Shown: positions 27,350 to 42,256, numbered from the stretch's first letter. The stretch is 64,000 bases of DNA from Eledone cirrhosa (GCA_964016885.1 OZ024742.1:329282001-329346000); one strand, 5' to 3'. The notes: generated by a model from the letters alone, not told the origin. Numbers and translations are program-made.

Positions 27350-27830
27350 ATTTGCTAATTGAGACATTACGAGTCAGCAACGGATTACTCTCTTGAATAG
27401 CAAATTTTGAGAAATAATTAGATTATCAGAACTGCAGAGCCAATAACAAGACTACAAAGCTGTTATACTTTTCTCTCTTCTCAATGTCAGTGAGATCTGG
27501 ACCAATCGTGATTCCAGGAAAATCAATTTATTCCATACAAGATGCTTCAAGGAACTTTTGAAAGCCAAGCATGAAGACAGATGTTTTAGAGATGGCAGAA
27601 TTAGAAATTATTCACTCTTTCCTCAAAACTTCTTAACTGAAATGGGTAGGCCATGAAAGAAAACCACCTTTGATATAGTTCTTTTATTGAAAACACCAAA
27701 AGGGAAAGGATTCTCAGGGAAGACCAATGATTGTGAAAGTAAGTTTGTTAAGCTGCGAAATCAAACATTAAGCGTGTAAAATTTTGCACCTCGACAAATC
27801 TCGCAGGTGTTCTCAAATTATTTTCTTGTT
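27350..27830 (+). pseudogene. Decayed RTE/BovB-like LINE C-terminus
   Basis: YKAVILFSLLNVSEIWT...FHTRCFKELL...LKWVGH...GRP. Confidence 0.65.
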
Positions 27831-28898
27831 CAACAGCTGCAAAGCAGTGTACATAGAGCGATATAAGAGCAAAAGGAACAGAAGAACAGGTGCAACCGCC
27901 AATTCTCCAATTAGCCTAGGTCCAGTTATTATCACCCACATTGCCCTAGGCTTTTCAAAGAGAAAATTGTCTCAATAATACGTCATCGTACACACAGATA
28001 AACATCCTTTATTTTCATGTCTCTAATTTTCATCTTACGTGTATGAAGCCATGCTCGTCTTTGTTAATATAAAAGTAACACTATATATACAGACACATAT
28101 ATACATGTGCATATCTACATACACACACACACACACATTCACATTTATACATACACACACACACTCGTTGGAGTGCGTGTGCGTGGGTGTGTGTCTGTTT
28201 CTGTGCGTTTCTATGATGGAACAAGACACAACTGTGGCTAAGTGTAACATAATCTACATACATTCCCTTTCGTGTATTTTCGTTGCAGTATTTTGTAGTT
28301 CATTGCTACAACACATACATTTAGCAGTCATTTATGCTGTTAAAACAAATGAGTATTCATAAAATTACATCTTAAAAGATTAACCATTTTTATAGTGGTC
28401 ACAAAACCACGAACGCCCACATTTACATCCCCATACATTTGAAAACAAAGACTCTGCAATGAAGGCAACGTGTATAAGACACACATATACCATCCAACTT
28501 TTATTTGTATCTACGGTAGTACTTCATTGATGTATATTTAAATGGAGTCATTAGCTTAGTATTAAGAAGCGCATATCCAGAGAATGTAATGAAAGCGGAT
28601 TTTGTACAACAATAAGATGAAAAGATTTATTATCTAAAGTTCTTTCATGAGTGGAAGATGAGATCGCAATACATTTGTTAATAGATTACAACAATGCTTT
28701 TCTCATTTATTTCTTTGTTGGCATCAAACAGTTTGAATTATTACATGTCATGGCAAAATGTTTAAAACTTTACCAAACGAACTAGTTGATCCTTGAATAT
28801 ATATATATATATACATATATATACACATATATACATACACACATACACATACACACACACACATACTTGTATATATATATATACATATATATATACAT

Positions 28899-28994
<96 letters not shown>

Positions 28995-29302
28995 GTGTGT
29001 GTGTGTTTCTGTCCGTGTATGATCTTGGAAGCCGCCCAAGAATTAATGTTCTCATTAAATATTCTTTTATGATTTTACTACTATTAGTCATTACACTACG
29101 AATGCGCTGGGACCTTACCTTGCTTTATTCAACCCCCAAAACAAGGACTAACCCCCCTCTCTCTCTCTCCATGTGTGTACATATATATAATTTGACATTA
29201 ACCAGATTAAAATCAGTGTTGCAATTAAACATTTGGCTGTCATGTGGTTGCTGATAGCATATATCTCGGTGCTGTTTAATAATGACTGCTGCAAATTATC
29301 AA

Positions 29303-29582
29303 GGGCGGTGAATTGGTAGGTCGATAAAATAAAGTACCAATAATGCACTGTATAATTGCTAGCCTTGTGCCAAAAGTAGAAACAATCATTAAGGGCGGTG
29401 AATTGGTAGTATCGGTAGAGGGTTGGATGTCATGCTCTCTAGCATAGTTACGTCCCATTATGGTCTGAGTTCAACTCCCGTCGAGATTAGCTTTGCCTCT
29501 CATCCTTACGGGGTGGCTAAAATAAAGTATCAGTAATGTACTGGGTAATTGCTGTCCTTGCGCCAAATGTAGAAACAATTAT
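29303..29582 (+). mobile_element. Internally deleted SINE followed by a full SINE (29392-29582)
   Basis: Both begin agggcggtgaattggtag and end gtagaaacaat. Confidence 0.8.
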
Positions 29583-32328
29583 TTTATTTTCAGTTATTTT
29601 CTTATATGAATATGAGAATATCTTACACTATTGAAAATTGTAAAAAAAAGCACTTACGTTATTTATGTTATCGAACAATTGACATAAACGACACTGGGTT
29701 TATCTATTGATCAGAGTTTTCCCTTTCCTATTATATACATTACTTCTGTCCAAATACAAACAATTCCACATTACTAAATTTACTGGTGTATTGCAGAAAT
29801 GTAGAAACATCCGCTTTTGGTTCATATGTTACATGTACCAGCTATATATATTATGTAAAAGGAGCTTGAATTGGTATAACTGTTTGAACAGGGAACACAT
29901 CTCTGTGGAATGGTAGAGGTGGTTTAGCTTCATGTAAATCCTGTTGGACTGGAAGTAGTGGTTGAGAGTGGGAACCAATGGCAGTGGATTGGCAGAATTA
30001 TGCGACGGTTGGATATAAGGGCAGATCTACTCGGACGACAGATGAACAACTGGTGGATTTGGTAATCGATAGAGCATCAGACAAAAGGTGGTGGTTTTGC
30101 AGAGTTGGTAGATTCTCTGACAAAAGGCAGTGGATTGAAAACATGAAAGGACCGTCGGAGAGAATTCCAAACTGTATTTCATTTAGCTCTTTTATTCTGG
30201 ATTTATTATCTCTACCAACAAGAAGTTTGCGGCACATTCTGGTGTCTATAAAATTAATAACCGTAATGTATTGGAATCAGTATCTTCGACTACACATTCT
30301 TAAATATGTAGACATTTGCCTATCTTATAATCAATATTAGAGTCACCTAGTAATAAATGTATTAATAAATCAAGTAACGACCGTCACCCATTATAATAAT
30401 TTGAAAATGAAATCAAAGTTTGTAAGAATTGATATCTATAATACAATTGTGAACAATAGCGTCCATGACTCTAACTTATCAACGGAAGGACCACATGAAT
30501 ATTGTAAATGAGACCTATTTGTTTTCCCACAAAAGAACCAAATACTTAACACATTTTATAAAATCATAAGGTCGTCTCTTTCATTTTTCATCACTTTTGA
30601 GATATATCCAGAACTCAGGTATTTAGTATATATTCATTAAATTGTAAAATGCTATGATGTAGTTGCAGAGATATCTGGCAACAATAACTCGCAGGTTAAA
30701 CACTCAATGTGACGATGCTCTCGCTTATACAGAGAATACATTTCATACTCGGTATTATGCTATTAAAATTAAGGTATTAAAGTAGATTACATTTTGACAG
30801 TAGTCAACTTCAATTCAATAAATGCATGATTACGTCGGGGCAATTTCCCTGTTGTAAGCTAGTTTGAAGCATTGACGGTTTCGTGTCTTTCTAACGAAGA
30901 GACATATGAACCATACATTTCTTAGCGCAATGATCCATAACCAACTCGCCAAACTATCAGGTTGTCATTTACTAATTGGCCTACTGTATGGAATTTATAA
31001 GATACATTTCTATTACATAAATGCTGAAACTATTGATTATTCAAACCATAATTAAAATCCTGGGGGTTTTATGTCGCAGGTAGGGTATAAATTACGCGTG
31101 TGTTGCTCATTCAGCCTGCTAGATACAATAACCAAATTACTTTCAAATTAAACCCACCTCAGAAAAGAAAGAAATTATAATGTTACATGTCTAAACAATG
31201 ATTTCTGATCTGAGGCTATACAAGAACAGAAATGGCTACAGCAACGAATGCACGATAAACTAATGTTATTAATCTACAAAAGCATTTGAGCTTCATTTGA
31301 CGAAGATCACATTCATAAGCTTTATTTAATATTACAAGAGTAAAGCTATGACATACTTTGTGAAAACAATTAAATATATATATATATAAGTAAATAATCG
31401 AGAATCAGAATCTCGGCCCACGAAATAACGATAAACAATCTTCGACATGCGTGGCAGAGGGCTCAATAGTTTGGATGAACCAGAGCTATAACTATCGTTA
31501 AAATACCAACACATAGAGACGATGCCTAGAATCATTCGCACAGCCGAAAAAAACGACCAGGAAAATTCGGGTCACTCAAATAATAAATTAATAAATTAAT
31601 AAATTAAATGAATGTAAAAACTCCCCCGGACCCGCTAGAAGGATGTTAAATTCTAGCTTTTTGGGTTTCTGCAGTTCCTTAATCAATTACTGTCAGCCCA
31701 CATTAAAAAATATATCTGACTTCTAGTAAAGAGATGAACGTGGAAAACTGTTTTCTCAGCGGATGTTTCGTTCAAAAATACAGGGGGACACGTTACTGAA
31801 AGCACGTGTAGTCCAGTAAGGGAGGGAACCCCTATATTTGGCGAAAGAATTCAGTAAGTGTAAATTTTGTAAGAATACAACAAATCACATATCGAATAAG
31901 AGTTCTCAACAGACGTGTTAAAATAAACAAGAGCTATTCATCAGTCAATAAGATCAGCTAAAAAATCAATAAAATTAACTGATATATATATATATAGATA
32001 GATACATATTGAATTGAATACATACATATTGAATTGAATTAGTAATTTCACCGTATGTTCTAATCACATGGAATAATTTAATAAGGGCTGAGGGTAGAAA
32101 CCCCTACAACTTTAAAGATAAATGAACATTAGCTTGCGTGGAAATTGAACCACCGCCAGATGTTCTTTTCGAGAAGAGTGTGCTAATACATTACACAACT
32201 TCGCACACTTTCCTCCCTTGATTTTAGATACTCCAATCAAAAATTCAATTTAATATATATGTATATATATGTATATTCAAATTCCACCGCTGCTATATAA
32301 TCACGTGATATTTACAGATAAACACACA

Positions 32329-32405
<77 letters not shown>

Positions 32406-32528
32406 AAAGTTATATTTAAATTGTTGGGTTACAACTAGTAAATATTTATAACTGATATAAAAGCACTCAACAAGTATTTGGAGTATATTTACGATATTAA
32501 ATAAATGGAAACTATATTTATAAAACCA

Positions 32529-32604
32529 TATTTATTTCATTATATATATTTCAGGGATATCATATTAACAATATGTTATGCCTTCCTCAGACAAAATACA
32601 ATAT
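32529..32604 (-). ncRNA. Type I hammerhead ribozyme, sense to the PLE ORF
   Basis: TATTTTGT-CTGAGGA-AGG...CCT-GAAA-TATATAT-A|ATGAAATA. Confidence 0.75.
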
Positions 32605-33957
32605 AGACAGTTTTATAGATAAATAGATTTGACATACCGTTCAACATCGACTTGTATTTGAAAAAGTTGATTTGGCAGTGAAAAATTGTAAACAGAAAGA
32701 AAGAAAGAGAGAAAGAAGGAAAGAAAGAAAAGAAAGAAAGAAAACGAAGAAAAAGAAGAAAAAGAAGAAATGCATGCAACAAAATAGAGAGATGGAAAGA
32801 TAGATAAAGAGAAGAACTTCATGTAAAGAAACAGATATATATATATAGAGAGAGAGGAAATAGATAGAGATAGATATATATATAGAGAAAAGTAGGTAGT
32901 TGGACATCCGTTGAATGAACGTATCAATGATACATTTATTTATTTATTTATTTATTTAGCTCTAGTATTAATGTAAGGGAGATATATGTGGTTAGGAAAG
33001 AAACCAGCCGTTATATAGAGAGAAAAATGAAAAGTAACCAGACATAGGCGAGGCATAATTTAAAAACCCTATGTTTTAATGTAGAAATATTAGTACGTAT
33101 AAAAACCAGGCACTATAATGTAAATATCAGTATTCCTGAATGAGACACGTATCCATAATGTGTGAAAAGTAATGATCTTATGTTTAGTTTTAAAAATTCA
33201 TATGTTTATATGATAACTACAAACATCGATGTGGATTTACGTGATCAACTCTGCAAACCCCTATTTCACACGGAGAACATTCTCATTGTGCTATAAACAT
33301 TTAAGTATACATATATGTGTATATATATACACATATATATAGAATCTATATTAAATTTAACAATACTATTCTTGTCTTTACTCTACATGATTATCTATCA
33401 AGCAGAAATAGAGAACAGATTTCAATATATTAATAAAAAAATATCAGAAACAAAAACAAAAAATAATAATAATAATAATAATAATAAATAATAATAAAAT
33501 AGAAAACTAAAAAATATTACATATTAAAAATAAAAATATTAGAAAATATTACAATAATAAAAATAAAAACATAATAGAAACATAATATGCCACGCAAATC
33601 GACCACAAAGATCAACCCTTCAAAATTAATTGACAATATATTGCCAAGTTCATTATAAGCATCAGAGTCGAAAACAGATAAAGCTAAAAATTATTTATCA
33701 AATCGCGTCTAGCAAAAATCATTTCAAAAAGTTTAGGATGCCCATTTGGTCTACATGTGTTCTTATATTTAATATAGAAGTTTATCTAGTGTAACGTTTA
33801 TTCGAAATATTTGGAGCATCAACTTTTAGGGTAGTTTAATTTTTCATGAAGAATGTTTAAATAAAAATAAAAATAAAAATAAAAAGAAGAATAAAAAGAA
33901 GAAATCGAAAGATTTATCGGCTAGTTTCCTAAATAATTATAAATCAAACTAAATATA

Positions 33958-36179
33958 CTACATTTTAAATTTAAATTTATATTTAAAAGTTGAGTTTAAT
34001 CTATGTTTGCAGCAACTGAATAAATTTGTCCGTAGATTAAGGGAATTTTTAGATTTTAGTATAAAGAATATCTCCTCTGCGCAGAGGTCACATGTCTCAG
34101 AGGATGAATTAAAAGGAATCCCTCTTGAGACTATATTCCAAGCCATCGAATATCTAACGTTATCTAGCCTAAGTTGCCAGAGTACGCCTGATAGTGCTAT
34201 TGAAGATTGTTTGCTTGGATCTGTGAAAGAATTCTTGTGGTTATTATAGCGAAGTTTAAATTCCGTCGATGTGGAACCGACGTAGTTAAAAGAATTAGAG
34301 TCAGTTTTAACATTACAATTGTATATTATATTTTTAACTAAGCAGTCGTTATTTAACGGACATTTAGATCTATCTCTACAGTTACATTTGTTAACTTCTA
34401 TATTATTTATGCTATTATCGCTAGGTTTTAAGTTCCTATTATTTATTCTATTAATATTTTGTGCTAAATTTTTGGTGGATGAGTAGGTTAATTTTATAGT
34501 ATGTCTATTGAAAATTGAGTGATACCTATGTGTTCTAGGGAAGCGATTATCAAGAGCTTTAAAAAATAGTTTAGCGATGTGGGTTTTAATGTTTAGTGAG
34601 AAAGAGGGGGGGGGGGCAAACCATATTATGTTCCTAGTTCTATTTCTTTTTTGGCTTTTGGAATTATTGTAATGCTTTCTATTATAGTTGTTAAGGTTGT
34701 TGCCGTAATTAAAATAGTTGTTATTTTGTTTAGTTTGTCTATCATTATCTATGTACATAATCTTATCACTATATCCTAGCTAACGCTTATCACTAGCTAA
34801 CGCTTCATTGTAGTACTGGGCTTTTTCGTCGAAAATCTTTCTATTAGACGAGATTCTAGAGATACGTTTTTGAACAGAGTTTACTATAGTGTTTTTGACA
34901 GATCTGGGGTGGTTAGAGTGAAAGCTGACATAGTTTAAGTTTTCATTCAACTTGTGAAAAGGATAGTGAAGACATGTGTTGAGATTTAATGTTATATCTA
35001 GGAAATTGACTATTCTATGGTTGTTCTCAATTTCTATTTTAAGATTAAAGTAATTAAAAAATTGTGTAATTTGTTTTCTTTTTCTATTTAGTTCAGAGTT
35101 ATTATTATCAATAAGTAAAAGCATGTCATCTCTATATAAACCTCCGGTAGTACCAGGTATTTTCCTATGTAGCGAATTGATTAAAAATAAGCCCACAAGG
35201 TCAGTTACCTGAGCTGAGTCGGATGATCCCATAGTAATGTCAAAATTGCTATCTCTATCTGCTCTGGTCCATAGTTGGTCATTAAATTCTATCAATGTTT
35301 TCCTAGCCGATAATATAATGTGCATTTCATTGCTAGTTAGGTCTGTATGTTTGAATGCGTAATTTAGTGCCTTATTTAGTAGATTAGGGGTAATAGAAGA
35401 ATAATAGTTAGCAATATCAAGTTGAATAAACTTATTATTATTGTTATATTTAATTTGCTTAAACCACTCAACAACCTCTCCAGTTCCCTTCCACAAGCTC
35501 AGGTTAGGTAAACAATCCAAGTTCTTAATTTGCTGTATCACCCTGTCAAGAATGTTTTTGCTTAATTTGCCCAGGTCCGATTTTGATGGTGCGATCAATC
35601 TAACTGGCAAGTCATTTTCAAAATTCCTTTTGTGATCTTTCATATTGATCTTCGGTTTCCTGGGCACGAAAGGTTGTGTTCTGTTCTCAATTTCCAACTC
35701 GTGCATTATACAAGATGCTTCGACATTCATTTTCTCAAGCTCGGCCTTATCTGCTACCTTGTACTTTTTCCTCAGTTCCTTCAGTATACATGTCTTTCTG
35801 CACTCCATAGAGGTTGTTGGTCTTGTCAGATTTCACCAAGATCTTCTCAGTTTTCTCTAAGCTCTCAATATTATCCTTAATGCCTTTCAGATATTCCTGG
35901 CCTTTGAAGTTTCTCTTGAATTTGACCCCTTGTATGATAGAAATTATATCGTTTTCAAAGTCAGATAAAAGTTTGTTAGGGGGGTGGATTTCTTTTAGAT
36001 TTGAAAACTTTGTTTAAGTCCGAGACATTTTCATTTATATTAGATTTATCAAAGTGGAATGCTCGCCACCTGATTCTCCTTATAAAAGAGTCAGATTTAT
36101 CTATTAATTGTTTTATAAAGTCTTTGTTTCTAGGTAGAGGTATGTCTTTTAAAGAGGAAGTAATCTTAAAGAATTCCAT
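33958..36179 (-). pseudogene. PLE RT + GIY-YIG polyprotein broken by three lesions (about 35980, 35790, 34780)
   Basis: KSDKT, PVRLI, FIQLDIANYYSSI, MGS.DSAQ, LYRDD, NFLDI, CNCR....CPL...CL, IIY...YVGST...FK.RY.NH, C.LC..E, LN.R....CKH. Confidence 0.9.
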
Positions 36180-36695
36180 TTTTTCAGTTATAATATAAAG
36201 CGCTCAACAGTATTGGAGCAAGATACATGGAAAGTTATATTTAAATTGTTGGGTTACAACTAGTAAATATTTATAACTGATATAAAAGCACTCAACAAGT
36301 ATTTTCTTTCCTAACCACATATATCTCCCTTACATTAATACTAGAGCTAAATAAATAAATAAATAAATGTATCATTGATACGTTCATTCAACGGATGTCC
36401 AACTACCTACTTTTCTCTCTATATATCTATCTCTATCTATTTCCTCTCTCTCTATATATCTCTCTCTGTTTCTTTACATGCAGTTCTTCTCTTTATCTAT
36501 CTTTCCATCTCTCTATTTTGTTGCATGCATTTCTTCTTTTTCTTCTTTTTCTTCGTTTTCTTTCTTTCTTTTCTTTCTTTCCTTCTTTCTCTCTTTCTTT
36601 CTTTCTGTTTACAATTTTTCACTGCCAAATCAACTTTTTCAAATACAAGTCGATGTTGAACGGTATGTCAAATCTATTTATCTATAAAACTGTCT

Positions 36696-36772
36696 ATATT
36701 GTATTTTGTCTGAGGAAGGCATAACATATTGTTAATATGATATCCCTGAAATATATATAATGAAATAAATAT
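36696..36772 (+). ncRNA. Hammerhead ribozyme in the inverted pLTR
   Basis: Reverse complement copy of 32529-32604. Confidence 0.75.
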
Positions 36773-36807
36773 GGTTTTATAAATATAGTTTCCATTTATT
36801 TAATATC

Positions 36808-36896
<89 letters not shown>

Positions 36897-37026
36897 TATA
36901 TGTACGTTGTACATATAAACATATGCACATACACACACATATTATAAATATATGTACATATACCCATATATGTACATTCACACATACACACACACCTATA
37001 TATATATATATATATATATATGGTTG

Positions 37027-37108
<82 letters not shown>

Positions 37109-37984
37109 AAATATATATATATATATATACATACCCACACAGATACACACACATACATACATCTTCATTCATATATTGTGCTCCAGAGAATTATCACCAT
37201 TACGCAGGCATTGTAATATTTGTTTGTTGATGTATTTACAATATTTACATTTATCTCTTCTTTTTTCTTTCCTCTGTCGTCAGTGCATGTTTTTCTAAAG
37301 ATGTTCGTGAGAAAAGGTTCTTGTGTAATTTCGTTTCATATTCATACATCCATTTCCTGTTCTTTTAGAACTATAATACACCTACAACATGTTTGTGTTT
37401 ACATTCCCTTATCTGGCTTAATATTTTATTACTTTGAAATTTATTATTGATTGTCCTTTTACGCTTCGACTTCCAGCCCTCCTTTAGGCTGAGACATACG
37501 TGTGTATGTGTGTATACCTGTGCAGGGATGTTGCTGCCATGAAGGTTAACTAGACAGCCTTCTGTGGCATACATCGCTGAGCCATTCATTACTAATACTT
37601 AAAGAATTGCAGTGTAATTAAATTAAAATAATATACATTAATATACTCTGATCGATAAATTATGGTAGAACATCTATATCATGTAGCAGCAATATAGTAT
37701 TAGCCAAAGCGATGTAGAAGCTGGGCCGGATTATACTTAGGTAATAAAAAACAGCCCTCCAGTGTGCACAATTCAAAGTGAAGTTAAATTAAACATGACA
37801 AACAAAGCGACTGACTTAAACATTATTTGGAAATTTTGTAATTTGAATTATGTACGTCCCAACTCAAATGACTATAATCGCCCACCATAAATTGACGTTG
37901 AAATAATGGAGAATAATACCACTGAACACTGAAAAATCGAAAAAGGGCGCTTGAGAGGAATGAAACCAGGGTTCTTTCACTTCA

Positions 37985-38191
37985 AGGAACACCGTGGAAG
38001 GCATCCAGTAAATAACAAACGCCATCAAACAGAGTTTTAAAGTTACCGAAGTCTACCCAAAGAAACACCCTAAACATAGACTATGTATACTAAATACATA
38101 ACTCTGGTTAGATACAATTGGTAATACGACAGAGATCCATTATTCCCCTTATGCCAAATCCATGACTTCCACGTACCTGATCTTCCGAAAT
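37985..38191 (+). pseudogene. Old fragment of a family A-like PLE RT
   Basis: RNTVEGIQ*ITNAIKQSFKVTEVYPKKHPKHRLCILNT*LWL...YAKSMTSTYLI aligns with RSTMESIQQIANSIHQSITVTIDFPSKHPNNRLPVLDTELWI...YAKPMASKYLI. Confidence 0.8.
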
Positions 38192-38192
38192 T

Positions 38193-38390
38193 ATTAATAT
38201 TTTTCCTTTTTGAATATCAGTTGAGCTAAGTTTGGTTTGCGTATGTGCGTCTAACGCACGTGCTGCTAATGTTTATACATATCCGTTTGTGCGTGTAGAG
38301 CGATACGTATAAATATTAACAGCACGTGCGGCTGACGCACAAGCGCAAACCAAACTTAACTCAACCGATATTCAAAAAGAAAAAGATTAA
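38193..38390. repeat. Diverged foldback / MITE-like inverted repeat
   Basis: Arms about 38193-38284 / 38302-38390. Confidence 0.75.
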
Positions 38391-39189
38391 CAGCTACCAG
38401 GTAGAACATCTCTGCTGTCTCCTAGGATGTTTTTCTCAACATTCGTTGATAATAGATAGCTAATGCGAATATTTGTGCACTATTAAATTGGTTAGGTAAC
38501 TTTCAGTCATTCTTCCATTTAATTTAAACACACATACACACACATACACAAGAGTGCACGCACACACACATATGTGTGTATGAATATATATATGTATATT
38601 AAGTGTCTGCGGTACGAAGACCGGGAAGGCCACACATCAGAGTAGATCTCGATGTATGGCGGGAGGGAGGGTGTTAAAATATATATATATATATGTGTGT
38701 GTGGGTGTATATATATATATATATGTGTGTGGGTGTATATATATATATATATGTATATGAAAATGTGTGAAATCCTCTCCAGGAAAGTTAACCGGGAATC
38801 TTTAAAAATATTCCCATCGAAATTAACAAAGAACTTACTATTTCTACCAAATTGTTTAAAATTACAAGTTAAGTCGTTCTTTTCCCATTTTCAAATATAT
38901 ATATATATATATGCTGATTGTGCATTGTTGCATAATATATGCAGACGGATGGTGCAGTGCACCTTACTGCTGCACAAGTGCGGCAGAAACATGAGTCCGG
39001 GAACCATTATAGGCACCCGTTTTACGTGTGTTGTGTTGATGCAAATAACTATGTGTATACTCTGGGAATGTATCTTACATTGCCCATGGAGTACGCTGAG
39101 ATACAACCGGTACTGGCATTGTTAAATATGGTGGGTCCGTCAACTTATTATATATATATATTTATATATATATATATCATTATGTGACG

Positions 39190-39331
39190 CATAGAGTTAC
39201 GGCCCTTGCCATTCTGAGTTCAAATCCCGCCGAGGTTAACTTTGCCTTTCATCCTTACGGGGTCGATAAAATAAAGTACCACTAATACACTGGGTAATTG
39301 CTGGCCTTGTGCCTAACGTAGAAACAATTAT
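39190..39331 (+). mobile_element. tRNA-derived SINE, 5'-truncated
   Basis: Same family as the 18 kb copies. Confidence 0.8.
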
Positions 39332-39520
39332 GTATATATATATGTATTATGTATATATATATTTATGTATAATATATTTATATATATATACATATACGCA
39401 TGCATGTGTGTATGTGCCTCTGTATGTGTATATACATATAGATATATATTATATATATATATATATATACGCACACATGATATTAGATGTATATATATAT
39501 ACATATCTAATATCATACAT

Positions 39521-39923
39521 ATTGTTATACTTTGGGAGGGTCATGTTGCCAATAAAAAACACACGCACCAGTTGCTTTCACTTCAATTTAATTTAATATA
39601 TATTTATAAATTTACAAATTTATAAATTTCTGGTTGGTTGGTTGGTTCCACAACCAGATAGTTGTTTATATATATATAGTCATAGTTCTTTCGTCGAAAG
39701 AACTATGACTATATATATATAAACAACTATCTGGTTGTGGAACCAACCAACCAACCAGAAATTTATAAATTTGTAAATTTATAAATATATATTAAATTAA
39801 ATTGAAGTGAAAGCAACTGGTGCGTGTGTTTCTTATTGGCAACATGACCCTCCCAAAGTATAACAATATCGGTTTCAACACACGATTTCAGATAAAGAAT
39901 CTTGCTAAACAAATTCAGAAACG
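39521..39923. mobile_element. Near-perfect palindromic family B insertion with a 13 bp target site duplication
   Basis: Centre at 39694 (ctttcg-t-cgaaag); tail 39870-39923; taatatcatacat at 39508-39520 and 39924-39936. Confidence 0.92.
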
Positions 39924-40406
39924 TAATATCATACATTTATGTAGATACACATCCTGATTTTACTAATGTTCTTCATAACAGTTGCGTCTAATTATTTATA
40001 TCTAACATATTTCCCTCCTCTTCCGTTTTACATAAACTCATATACGACACAAACATACATGTCTCCGTTCTCGTATACTTTCACAGGTTTCACTTAATCC
40101 CTGACCTTCATATCGGCAATAGTATACATATTTCTCCTATCTAGTACTTATTTTATTGGTCCTCATTTTTGAAACGTTAATTTAAGGATCACGTACATAC
40201 ATACATACATTCACATACATACATACACACACACACATACACATATATACATATAGTAGAACACTGTTGGTTATATCCATGGTAGTAGAGCACTCAGTAC
40301 ATGGGACGAATTTGCTAGATGTAGATCTACTACAGTTAATTCAACATTCCCAAGAACACTTCTTTCACCTTAAGCCGAATACTCAGCTCCTATATTCTCA
40401 TTTAGA

Positions 40407-40448
40407 CCGATCTGATGATCCGGATTATGGTGAAACAATTGTTCTCGG
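40407..40448 (+). ncRNA. Solitary, slightly decayed minimal hammerhead
   Basis: CCGAT-CTGATGA-TCC ggattat GGT-GAAA-CAATTG-TT|CTCGG. Confidence 0.55.
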
Positions 40449-40475
40449 AAATGGTGAATTACCCATTGTGGAACT

Positions 40476-40635
<160 letters not shown>

Positions 40636-41899
40636 AAATATATATACAGATATGTAAAATCCCGACCGCGCGCCAATTTAGTTGGGCTTGTTAGAAACAC
40701 AAGCGCGGCAGTTATAATTGTACATATGTTTATACTCACTCTTCACCTCCATATGCATGGAATTATGCCATGATTAGTGGTCTTCTCCGTCTCAGCACCT
40801 TATATATATGTATGTATATTAGAAGTAGTCCTGACACATTGTGATTCTGAAGTGAAGTGTAAATATATTCCTATACAATATTTTTACGTACAAAAAAAAA
40901 ATAGCTTTCTTGCCTGAGTATTATGTGAGTTAGCATTCATGATGATGGATTAAAAATCCTGAAATATAGTATTTGGCGTTCACACCTGGTTACTAATGTC
41001 TCTGACATGATCTCAGTTTAACATTTTCACATTATTCAAAAGGTTTTGATATGTTCACATTCTCTTGTGTGAGGTTGTGACTTTAAGGAAATCATTTTTC
41101 CCATAAAACAAAAGCAACAAAATATATATAAACATTTCTCCTAGCGTGTTAGAAACTATATGACATTAATTTGGCCAAGATATAACTAAATGGAAAACTT
41201 TATCAGGGTCAACAATTGTCGAAGTCGAACTATATAACGCAAACGTCATTGACAATGTTGTCGCCGTATAATGTGTTTACGCAAAAATTAATAAAGAAAA
41301 AAATATTAAAATGACGACAATTAAATTATCCCTCAAAATGAAAAACACATTCAGCCTAACTGTTTGGCTGAGTAATTTCTGTCAAATTTCGTTAATGATG
41401 GAAAAACAAGAGCGCTATCAATACGTCTACAATACTAAATGAAATATCAGAAAGCACATTTAATTCTCATACTGTATAGTCTAAGATATCCTTATATAAT
41501 GCCATCACTAAAATTGTAAAGACAAACGAAGAGGAGCCAACAATTGTAAATATATATATCAGTATCATTTTCAATTAACTTGTTGAATCAGTCGTTGTGG
41601 TGACGTTCTAGACGTTTGGGCAGACATTTGTCGTAAGATATATCTGTTGTTAGAAATTGCATCTTATGAATTTCGCCAGAGACACGCACATATATGTATA
41701 CGCATGACGGTATTTCGTTGTGTTAGTTTTCTCACCAGAGATTGGTCAAACGGTGGCTACAGTAGGAGCCACTTCCCCCATTTTGTCGCGCAGTGGAACT
41801 GAACAGGGATCAACTGATTCCGAAGCGATCCCATATACTTACATGCACACACACACATACACATAGACACGCACACACACACTCACACTCACACACACA

Positions 41900-41968
<69 letters not shown>

Positions 41969-41999
41969 ACACACACACACACACACATATATATTTTAT

Positions 42000-42256
42000 A
42001 AAATGAAAAAAAACGAGATGAAAAAAAAACGAGATGAAATAAAAACGAAATTTAAAAAAACGGGTGAAAGTATAAGGAATTAAGGTATATATATATATAA
42101 AATGAAATCGAAAATGCAACTGGAGTCTTTTAAAAAAACCCACTAACCCTCCATCTCAATTCTACTTTTGAAAAGCACAAGAACTGCGAAACCGGTAAAG
42201 GAACCAAATAAATATTTTACAAAAGACTCCAGTTGGATTTTCGATTTCATTCTTTT

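Larger units (their letters stand above)
32402..36810 (-). mobile_element. Full-length Penelope-like element, family C (Nematis-like), with partial tandem and inverted pLTR
   Basis: 3' pLTR and tail 32402-33003; direct copy of the tail 36228-36305; inverted pLTR 36304-36810 = reverse complement of 32490-33003; (TA)n flanks. Confidence 0.9.
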
